A stretch of 64,000 nt of DNA from positions 2,386,908 to 2,450,907 of the forward strand of contig NW_018408713.1 in assembly GCF_002113885.1 (NCBI RefSeq), given 5' to 3'. Source of the DNA: Mizuhopecten yessoensis (taxonomy: Eukaryota). Shown here piece after piece: positions 23,522-35,500 of this stretch (position 1 is the first letter of the stretch; each line of letters starts with the position of its first letter). A program made the position numbers and the translations under genes. Below the pieces are notes generated by a model, which did no database searches, was not told the DNA's origin, and saw only the letters and a list, made by a program, of their open reading frames with translations.

Positions 23522-23547
23522 ATGTCTAGGAGACGACAAATCAAAAG
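23522..23547 (+). CDS. ARHGAP19: Putative first coding exon of ARHGAP19-like (MSRRRQIK)
   Basis: ATG at 23522, AAAG|gtaaca donor; in frame with the core only through the 34810 microexon. Confidence 0.55.
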
Positions 23548-26500
23548 GTAACATTGTTTTTATATATCAATGCTTGATTTGTGTCAGTTGGTCTTCCATT
23601 TTCAGCCGATCCGTTTTCTCGTGTCAAGGGATTCGAGCCGGTCGCTAGCACTGTAGGCTACTCACTACTGTCAAGTTGGAACGGCTGTCGGCCATAGCAG
23701 GTGTTTTCAATTGGTTATTAGATACGCTTCGGGGAATTTTCTATACAGAGTTAATTATGAAATCTCTTTAAAACTTGACCGAGCCTGATGACCAATGATT
23801 ACACGTAATTGTCGGCACACTTATTTTCATATTTATGTACAAACAGCATAAATTGTCAAGGGTAGAAATAAGTAAACATGTTTGACATTCTTACGACTTC
23901 TACAAAAAGGATATCGCACGGTTTTGAATATTATCATAAAAACCGTATGCTTGATATTCAGCACTCGTTTTCATTCAAACTGAAACACCTCTTCACGAAA
24001 CACGATTTTAAAATGATAATTTGAAATGTGTGTGTAAGCCCTATAAAAGTGTAACATTGCATTAAAGTGTTGGACTTTGAGACCCATATCTTGGTCCTGT
24101 CTGTTTAATATAATTATATATAATATATCATAATATGCATTAGGCATTTATTCATTGATGGCCTTTGAAAGTGTATGTTCGTTTAACAGCAAGATGAGGT
24201 CTTAAAATCCTTCATTTAAACCGCTAATTGTACATTTATGTGAAATATTTAGATAATGAATGTAAGATGTCCAAGTGTTTAGCTTTGATCAAATGTTGAA
24301 CAGAGCAAGCGGATGGTTGACTGTAATCCATCAACTCAGCCAGGCATGAATTAGACTTGAGGGATACTGAGCTACAACTGAGCAGACTCTTTGGATATAA
24401 ACCAGATGTAACTTACATGTATACAACATTTTGGACTTGATATGAACATCAGACTAGTGACTTGAGCAAATAATCTCACATGATGTATACCCTCAGATTT
24501 CCTAAGCCTATTCAAGACTTTTCTAAGCCTAATAAAATAAAAAAAATGCCTGGAAAACTATATTTTGATATATTTACATTATAGTGTAATAAATTCATTA
24601 AATCACCAAACACATCTTATATTCTTTTTACATTTTGAAAGTGTTATTTATTTGACATCATTATGAGTATATGATTGATGATTTTTTTTTTTGTAGGCCA
24701 AATTTATTACCCTGTCTTTTCTTATGGAAAACAGTTGGGGTTTTTTGCAAAATTATTTTCAAAATTTTCAAAGTGATTTTTTTTTAAAAATGAGCTTGCA
24801 TTCTTGTTCAATATCTCTAATTCCAAATGCAACAATATATTATGTAAATGGGTAGTTTCGTCTTAAAGGTGATAATTTGTCTTTGCAGTGGTAAAGAAGG
24901 ATAGGGCCTCGGGCCATAAGGGCATTCAATAGAAAAAAGGCTGACAGAATTTTGCAATTTAAAGAAATTACTACATGTATATGCAATGGGTCAATGAAAC
25001 TTAATGTTGTTGAATAACCTGAAATTAAGCTTTGCTCCAATGTAACTTACTTTGTATAAAAAATAAAATAATAATTTTTGATATATATATTTTTTTAATT
25101 TCCAATCTTGAGGTTCTACAACACATTTCTCAGGCCTCTGCATTCTCAAAATGACGTAAAAAGCCCAGAGATGTTGATGTTATCTTTGGTGTGCATATGT
25201 CAGTCAGGTTTATGTATTTATTGTATAAAAAATCCTTTTTCAAAAAAAATTCAATTGTCATGAAACTTCACAATTTTATAGAAGACATGTCAAAGAGCCA
25301 TTTTAACAAGTAATTATAGTGTACAGTCAGTGATTATCATTTCTTAGTGAGGCACATTCTCACCCAGGGGAACAATAGCAAGATTGAAGCCACTACAATA
25401 ATGAATGTCAGAGTCATAAATGGAAAAACTTAACACTATCTCTTAGAGTGTAATATTATTTTTTACTTATTGTTAATTCCTTGATACAGTGATTGTCCTT
25501 GGATTAAGCGGTGCTTTTCATTGTGAAGTATATATTCTAAGTCGGAGATGGAGTTGTTTTTCCATAGTTGTCTTACATAATGTAACGAGACCTATAGATC
25601 AGCACTGAAGCCTTAAATGATGGCACATGCCTAACCATCTGGCTCTTGAATAAAATAACAAAAATACTGTTGAAACTATCGAAAAAAGTAAACATTATTA
25701 TAATTCATTTAATTGTGATAAATGCATTGAGGTGAATTTTTGAAATCTTTCAACTTTGTATTGCTTTCAGGAAATTCCTGTTTTGGTTGTAAATAACTTT
25801 ATAGGATTTGGAAATGTAAAGATAATAGTTTATGGCTTCTCCTGTTATTTAGTCCTACAATAAATACATGTACATTTGACAAGGAAAATACTCTTGTTTA
25901 CTTTCAATTCATCAAGGCCATAAAGGCATTTAAAATAAATAGCCTTCCATGTTTACAGCAGAACCAAGTGGCACAGCTATGGAGATTGATGTCCCTGGTC
26001 TCCTTGATAAAATAAACACTTGTTCTGATATAAATGAAATCCACAGACATTAGACTGTGTTTAATGGTTTCTGCTAGCTGCCTGTAGAAGTCTGAGGAAC
26101 ATTACAGCTAATTTCCCTCACATCAGTTCTGGTGTTGACACATTACCAATGGGTCCTTAGGGAAAGGTGTCAACTCGTAATTAATGGAACTGCTGGTGTT
26201 GATAACCCCTTACTGACCCAATTATGGTGATGACCTCGTGCCTTCAACTATGGACCTTAATTTAGGTGTCAAGAGTGTGTTCAGACCAGCACTGTCCTTT
26301 TGTTTTCAAAATTGAACCCCATCACCTTTTCTTTGTTTACTAATTATTACCTGTGGAAAGAATGACAGATTTCCTCAAGAGATCAAAATCCGGGTCTATG
26401 AGTCCAAGCCAAGCCAAGCATGTCCTTCTGTATACCATTTTTGTCCTCTCACCTTCCCATTGTCAGGTTATTGTTACCTGTAAATGAGGTGGCAGGTGTG

Positions 26501-29500
26501 CTCAAAGTGCTCTGGATAAAATCAAAACTCACCTCAGTATTATAGAGTTACTTAAAAATTTAGTGCCAATTTCAAGTTTGTTTGTTTCTGATATGTGTTC
26601 AATTAAATAGACAGATATGATATATATATACAATGTGCTAACATAGAGGGTCATTTAAAAATTTCAACTTGACCGAGCTTCGTCTAGATTAACTCCTTCT
26701 TCACTGAAACAATGGCTATAGATCATATGGAAACTACACTTAAGAGGTGTCCAACAGATTTGCAGACTTGGGCTAAGAGAGCCAAGAAATATAGCATCAG
26801 AGACTCCAGTAGCAAACAAGGTATTGATAAATAGAATTGTCTTGTCAGTGAATTTAATGACTAATTTCATTAATTTTAGAGAGAGAAAAAGTCATAATTA
26901 CCTAAATTATATATGGTATCATAGTGTTATACATCAGTATTGAGTTTAAGAAATATGTTTATTGTATGTAATTATATATTTAAAAACTATCTATGCATTA
27001 GAAACTTGTTTTAATGATTTTATTGAAACTTGCAATGAAAGAAGATGCATAATTGTCCTTTTAGAGGTTTTTGATTTGTATCCTGGTCTGTGAAACATTT
27101 CAGTATTTACTATGAAAATATAGGTTAGGTTATATATAGAATTCAAAGCAGACTGCAGGCTAGATCTTCAAAATTTGCAATTTAACAGTTAGAAATTCAT
27201 TAAAATAGAAAGTTTAAATGTCAAATTTTGATTTTAAAGCATTGTAATAATGTTTTGCAAACATATTTGAATACGAAACATCTTCATCCTATAATGCATT
27301 ATTTATCCTGACATTTTAACCAAAGGCATATAATTCTAAGACAAATTACATTAAAATGTGTTAATCCATTGAGCATCATAGAGTCATAGTCCCATGCAGC
27401 TATTTTCAATGATATCACGGACAACACAACAGACACACTGTCTGATTCTGATACACCCCTAATTATGTCCAGAACCACTTCTAATCCTCATCCATTGTGC
27501 TCATCAATTTCAAATGAGTTGGCTAAATCAAATTCACATCAATTTTACTGAATGGGGAAGTTGTCAGACAATGGTCAGGTCATACACAGGCTCAGCACAA
27601 ACTATTTGAAAGCACCCTTGTCCTTTAGGCAAGTTGGTTTGAAAAAAACTACCTGAAAATAATATATATTTGTTTCCAAATTATGCTTAAAATGTAATAT
27701 GTATATACCCTCAGAGGACATTTGCTGGCCCAGGGGACATGAGGCTGTGTGGACCAATTTTCTTTCTCTGTCTTGTTTAGGGATTCCTGATGTAAAATAT
27801 GCTAAAGTTACTCACAGTACATAATCCTGACACACTATTAATACAAGGGGTCTTTTAAAATGAATATTTGTAACATATAACTTCAAACAAAAAAGAAAGA
27901 TGATTTTGATTTGTTTGGTTCGTTTAGTAAATGTAAAAAAAAAAAAACTTTTAAAAATAGTTATTCTGACATTTTTTGGGGGAAAAAAACAATTATCAAA
28001 TTGTTCATTATTTAGTATGACCAAATAAAAGAAATATAATGCTACATTGAAAGTCATATGTTCAAAAAACTTGGCATTTGTTCTCTAGGACTTTTTTTGT
28101 GTGACTAATGTAATTGGGTATAAATTGACCAATATATAAATGGCTAATGGACAGTTATGGTACAGGTAGACATGATTTCACTTAACTTACAGAACTGTAA
28201 TAAACAAGTTTAGAATGACTGTATACAATATAGAAGTTGTTAAAGGTTTAACATGATAGAAAGGTTTGACAATGGAGACCTAGTCAAGCTTGCCTGCTAG
28301 GTGCTAACAGGTTTGCTTAAATGAGGTTTAGGCTGGGTCATCTTGACCAGTAAGTTGTCACCAAGGACATGTGAAATAACTGACCAGGCCATTGTTGTGA
28401 AGTGATAATGGACATCCTGGATGATCCAAAACACAAGTGGCCCCCCTATGAGTCTCACTCAGGAACTGACACCCTTGTGTTGGTAATAAACAGACCAGCA
28501 ATAACAAACCCCTTTAGCCCCCAGTAAACCAATCAGAAGCCATGCCCTGACAACCACCTTGAACCCTTAGTATTATCCTGGGCTTGTAAGGTTTCATTTA
28601 GTATCTGATATATATATATAGCTTGTGGCATCATTAAGAACAGTCCTGAGATTCTGTCGCAGTGTTTGGACTTTATTTATATGAACACAAGATGTTTCCT
28701 GTTGATGTCGAGGATTTCAACATGAGAAAAGAGAGGAATTATTTCTTTTTCACATCATTTGAGGGCATTTGTTTATGTGAGTATGCATATATACTACATA
28801 TCAATGGGGGTTTTTGAAGTTGTTTTAGGGAAAAATTGTTCAAGGGAGGTTGAAGGGGAAGGCAAATTGTTATTGTTGTTTCAATATAAAATTTATTGCA
28901 GTATCAGTATGACAATTCATAAATGATGTCAAGATTTTTTGACATATTTCTTTTAAAAACCTACAGCCATGTACATGCAGGTGTATACTTTTATATTGAG
29001 TTATACATAGATAAATATATATTGTATAAATCAGAGCAGCTATATAAGTGTCAATATTTATAGCTTTAGTAGTAATGGGAACCATTGTGGTCCTCCACAG
29101 TACAAATGTCACATTAGAACAGGTAGCAATTGTTGTGGAAGTGGCCCCGACTTTCTCAGCCCCAGGGGTCGGGACTGACCATAGTCATATGATGGATTAG
29201 GACATAATACAGAGGGATTAAGAGGCAATATTTTATACTTGTTAGCAGATTTATTTTGGAAAACAAATCCAACCTAATGAAAAGACCATATGTTTTGACA
29301 TGTGTCAACTTTTGGAAATAATTTGTATAGAACTGTTCATGTTCATTATTCCTTTCCCCCCCCCCCCCTTTTTTTTAATGAGTCTATAGGTCTTATTTAT
29401 GCATCAAATGAAACAGGTTCAGGAAATGTCAGATTCACCAATTTTAATATTAAACGAAAAGATTGGATACCATTGGTAGCCTTTATCCATGTTTTAGGAA

Positions 29501-32500
29501 CTGTTTGTGTTGATCTTTCATCGTTAGTATATCTGAAGATTTCAAGGTGATTACAAATGTTAAAACTAGCAGTTCAGTATATAGAATTATTAAAAAGTTT
29601 ACACTTTTCAACCCCAACCTGAGGGTTTAGCCCCAATTAGGACAACTCTAGGGTGGGATTTCCCTATCCTAAACCTCGAACCTAAGAAAGAGCTTTTTTT
29701 TCCTCATTCCTAATTCCCGAGTTACTTCAGGAAAAAACGTAAAAGACATTTTCTTGGCTACCATTTTGAAATATTCACCTTTTCCCAATACTTTTTGGAT
29801 AAAAAACAAAGTGGTTAGTGACATTCAACATATTTTGCAAAGTGTTGCACAGAAAATTTTATATTGTATTACAATGAAATATCTTTAAAAAAAAAAAAAA
29901 AAAAACCTGAATAATATACTGCAGGAAAAGTAATGCTTCTCTTTTACTTCTGTTCTTTGAATTAAATTCAGCAAATCATAATTATCAAAATATTAAATGG
30001 TTTATTTTACATGCAGTAGCAAGCATTGGAGAAGAGTGTTGTTATGGCTTGTTATGTTGAAAAGGTTTTTTATTTCCTTTTTTTTTTTTTTTACCTAAGT
30101 CAATCCTGTTTGTTTGGTTATGGAAGTGTTACCCCATTGTAACAAGGTGTTGTACCATAATACACAGATCTTATCAGGTCACCTGTCCCAGGCCCTAGTA
30201 TATACTGAATAGGACCAGGTACAGGTATACCAATCCTATTGTCTGAGGCTTACAGCCATTATCATTTGGCCTTCCTTGGAGCTATATGTTCTGGTGTCCA
30301 TGCTAACACTTGGTCCATTGTTTTAAACCCTAGATTTTTATCTCAACACCTGAGATATCAGAGTCTTCATGACTTCCAGGCTTAAACCCTACCTGAATTC
30401 TGGCTTTTTCTGTCACCAGTGTCAAATCTTTTACCTATGATGGGTATGGCAGGTCCAACTAGGATGTCCCAGTTCCCAACCTTATCTCAGGGTCTTTGAT
30501 TGATGGTGAGGTCTGGGGCAAGGCTCCTGGTCCTTGAATAATCCAGCACTTTCTGATTTCTTCCTCTTTTTGGCCTGTGACAGTTTTTTTTCTTTCAAAA
30601 TGTTTTATTTCAATAATTTGCAAATTTGTATTTCAATAATTTGCAAATTTGTATTTCAATAATTTGTAAATTTGTATATACTTAGCATCTACATCCTTCT
30701 TATAACCAGCCTACCTTGTTTTACATATAGCTACAGCATGCTTCATCTTATAACAAGCCTACCTTGTTTTACATATAGCTACAGCATTCTTCATCTTATA
30801 ACAAGCATACCTTGTTTTACATATAGCTACAGCATTCTTCATCTTATAACAAGCCTACCTTGTTTTACATATAGCTACAGCATTCTTCATCTTATAACAA
30901 GCATACCTTGTTTTACATATAGCTACAGCATTCTTCATCTTATAACAAGCCTACCTTGTTTTACATATAGCTACAGCATTCTTCATCTTATAACAAGCAT
31001 ACCTTGTTTTACATATAGCTACAGCATTCTTCATCTTATAACAAGCCTACCTTGTTTTACATATCACTACTTCATTTTTCATCTTATAACAAGCCTACCT
31101 TGTTTTACATATAGCTACAGCATTCTTCATCTTATAACAAGCATGCATTGTTTTACATATAGCTACAGCATTCTTCATCTTATAACAAGCCTACCTTGTT
31201 TTACATATCACCACCTCATTCATATAGCTACATCATTCTTCATCTTATAACAGACATACTCATTCTTCATCTTATAACCAGCATACACTGTTTTACATAT
31301 TACCACCTCATTCTTCATCCTATAACCAGCATACATTGTTTTATATATAGCTACATCATTCTTATTACCGGTATACATTGTTTTTTTATTATGTAAATTT
31401 TCATCAGATTGAATTAACAAAACCTCAGTACAATGAACTATTTCCTTTTCATTCCTATTATCACACAGGCACATTCATTCACTCATTATTTGTATTATTC
31501 AGAGAAGGTAAATTTAAAAAGACTCACAATTCTTTTTGTACTTATTCATTACAGTCGCAACGTAATTGTATTTGTATAAATTGTAGTTGTGATTTCAATG
31601 AATAAATTAAAGCAATGAATGTATGATTTTGTCTGTTTGCACTTATCATATTATCCGCTGTATTTTTCAATTCGTTTGTTATCCTATTAAATAATGATAG
31701 AGGAATTTGATCTTCATTTTCAGATTTCTGTAGATTTCTTGCCTTCCAAATTAGCCATTTAGACTGAAATATGATTAGATTACATAGTTTATTTATATTA
31801 TCATTACATTCTGAGACACCACAGATTCTTTCCTTTTCTGTTAAACTATTATGTACATTGCCTGTTGCTAGACATTCATTTAGTAATTGTTCTATCCTGA
31901 ACCAAATTGTTTCACTAAACCTGCACCCACTAAAGAGATGTTGTTGGGTTTCATGTACTTCTTTGCAGAAGTTACATAGACCATTTGATTTCTGCATTTG
32001 TTTTAGTTTATATTCAGTGGTTAAAATTCTGTGTAGGCTTCTCCGCTGAAAATCCTTGATTCCAGTCAATGATAGTGTTATTTATAGAGAGCCAGATGGC
32101 ATTCCAGTCCAATGCTAAAAGATCATTCCATTTCTGAAGGGATTTTATCTCTTTACTATTATGATACAATATATATTTAATTATTTTGTTCAAACACTTG
32201 TTAATGGCTAAAATGCTGTTTTTATAAGTGAAAACCAAGTCATTTGAAATTTAAAGGCACTGATATTGTTTTCATTATTATTTTGTAGTATGTTTTTCCC
32301 CCTCTGATTTTTGAGAATTCCGATATCTTATGTTTCTAATCTCTTCCTCTTTTTGGCCTGTGACAGTTTTGAAAGTCAGCATGACATTTGAATCCCCCAG
32401 ATTAAAATGTCAGAGCACAGTGGATACCTTATCAGAAATTTGAATTGTCTGCTAGTAATATCTTTACGGTGAAGTTAAGAAAGCCTTGGTCTGCTGATTG

Positions 32501-35500
32501 TGTCAAGAACTTGATGGATTAGAAATTGATAGGGAAAGTAGTGGGATAAGATTTACACCCAAGGAGTCTGATTTTCATTATCATGAAATTAACTTAAATA
32601 TTTAATCCTTATTGCTGATTTTGAATAAGGTTTGCACTGCTTCTTATTTTCCTTAAAATACAACCATACTAGAATTTTAACATAATGTTCTATTATCCTC
32701 ATTCGGATGTGCTTACATTTTCATTTCCCAAATGTGAATAGTGGAGTTGAAACTTTTTCAACAAAATGACTTCTGATTTCAAACTACAGGAAAACATGTC
32801 AGTTACGATTTTCATTTGTTACCGATACTTTTTACAGCAAATTAAACAAAATAAAATGCAAGCTTATGATTTTAAAGCTTAATTTAAACCTGTCGTCGGC
32901 GGCATTAGTTGAATGGATTTATCTGGGGAACTAACGGTCATACAAAATTAATTAATGAATGGTTGATAGGCACATATCTTCAGCCCAAGCTGTGAGATAA
33001 ATATCTGTCTAAATTTGTGTCAGTTGAAACAATTTGTTTTAATCAATTTAGCATTAAGCAGTAAATGAGTGCTTCAAATTAAAGACTAATCTTTATATTG
33101 CCTTGACAGTCTTCATCCCTCACTGTCACAGAGAAGTTGCTTATCAATGAAATAAGATGATAATTCTGAAGGATGTTTATTTTTTAAAACAATATTTCCA
33201 TATTGACATGTGTTGTTGTAGAGTGAATCTAGAAGACATTGACACTAACAAACTGCTAAATGATTAATTAATAAGATTCCTCTATTTTATTGCCCTTCCA
33301 TATCAGAACCCAAGTACTTCACCTAAATAGAGGGGCACTAGCCTACTAAATGGCCCTTAGGGACCTGGCAACAATTAATAACAGTCTCCCCTGTTGAGGG
33401 ACTGGGTGGTCAACCTTTATGGTTAGAGTTAGGTTGCTAACCAAAGACTTCCTCTAATGACATGGTAATGACCATTATTCTGGACTGACCACTGTCCAGT
33501 TTTCTGTCTCTTGAGCTACTGATAGACAATCAGCCAGTCTATACAGTTTCTAGCTTGATACCATTGTCCATGGCAAGTGAGAAAAAGTGTAATTAGATAA
33601 AAGACTGAGGAACATTGTCTTTTTTGGGGCCTGGTTGGTTTATGCTTGACCACACCTGTTTGTGTCCAGAACAATATTGTTGTTGAATTGGCCTTTGAGA
33701 AAAAATCTGACATCTTGTTATTACAAGGATTGAGTAATACAAAAGTCCACCAAACAGCTATCCTAGTAGTATTTAAGCTAACTGATAGGTGATTTCAAGC
33801 TTCTTGTACATGGCAGGCTTGGGGAATCAACATTTTCCAGGTAGAACAAATGTTTTAGAAGTACAAACAAAACCTTTGTAAGGGTTGTTTGCAGTTGTAG
33901 GCCAAAACATTACCTATGGTGGTACTAGTGTAAAAAACACATGGGAAGTCTTGTTTATTTTAAAATATCAGACTCACACCCATGTAGGGACTGAAAGGAA
34001 ATGTGCTTTTTCAGGGGAAATATAAGAAAAACAGTCTAATGCATTGGTAAACACCATGTGTTTTATTGTATGGAACATCAGCTCAATTCCATATATATAT
34101 TGTTGACAGTCTAAAAGAAGCAATACTACTATTTGTTCCCGAGGTCAGCGACTCAATCATCATGCTTATTCATATACATATGTTCTTATAAAGACAAATG
34201 TTCACCATATGTCTGGTGAACATTTTCTTAAAAAATATTTCGAAATATTTATTTCTCTTTAAATTTCATAGGTCTACATTTTATTTCCGTAAAAAGACAC
34301 ATCAGGGTGACTTCTTAACAGGATGGGGTGCATTAATCAAGTTATTGTTATACTATTGTTATATTTCTATTGTCTTATTGTGACACTTTTTCTTATAAAT
34401 GGTAATTGTATATTGTGTGATTTTTTTCTAGTAACTTTCAGATATCTAGTTCATTAGTCAAACTTTTTTATGAATTGGTAATTATCACTTCAAGGAAACA
34501 GCCAATCAGAAAGATGTAGGTTGGTGCTCGTAAGAGTGTTAGACTTTTATAGTAAGCCATAATTGTAGGTACAACTAATAAACGGGTTAATTTGAACATA
34601 AACTAATTTCTTTGTTAGTCATCAAGAATTCAGTTATTAACTAATTTTTGTCAATCTGTGTTAATTCATATGTAAACTTTAACTAATCAGGGATTATTCA
34701 TAGACGTGTGGTTACCAAATTAGTGCTATTGTTTAATGTGTGTAATTTCCCCGAGAACTCATTATCATTTTTTTTGTTTTTTTAATATGAATCTCACCTG
34801 TTTTACTAGGAATAACACTGGAAAACTTTCAGGTAAGCTCAGTGGTAGTAGATATTGTAGTTGTCTTCTATTTCTTTATTGACATTTCAAACAAGTTGTT
34901 TATACCTTTTATTATTTCATCTTCCTCACAAATTTAAAACAATATTTTGGAAGTCTACAGGTATATAAATCTATCATTGTTTTTAATTGAATTGTATTTA
35001 TTATATCTAATTTTCAAATTCTTTGTTGTCATCAGGGTTTAAAGATAACATATATATATATAGCTTAACTGTTGGCCTTTTTGTTTCCTCAAAAGATTGT
35101 CATTTATCAAAACATTAATAAACAAAGGCTAACAGCATCCTCTAGAGCATCCCTTTGTCCATTGATTGAAAATGCAAGGCAGTATTTGTTGTTGACTCAT
35201 CAAAGCAGTTTTTTTCAAAATGGTAGCCAAATTTTCAATGAAAATGCACAAGAATCAATTTGCCAGTTGTTGAAAAATCACCGTTGCTGTTTCAAAGGTT
35301 CAAATTGAAATATTAAATACATTTATACTTAAGATAAAGAAAGTCATTGTTATGATATCAATTCAGCCTCTGTTGGGGAGGAGAATTAAAAAAAAAAAAA
35401 CAGTTAGTAGGTTTACTATGTCATTCCTTCAAGTGATAGGGAGACATGTTCTCATTTGTAATAACATCTTAATGTAGGGGCTAACCTTTGAGCAGTTCAA

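Noticed and set aside
30672-31250. 192-aa ORF with 16-aa repeats
   Set aside because: A by-product of a 48-bp (multiple of 3) tandem repeat inside a retro-insertion; non-ATG start and no splice support.
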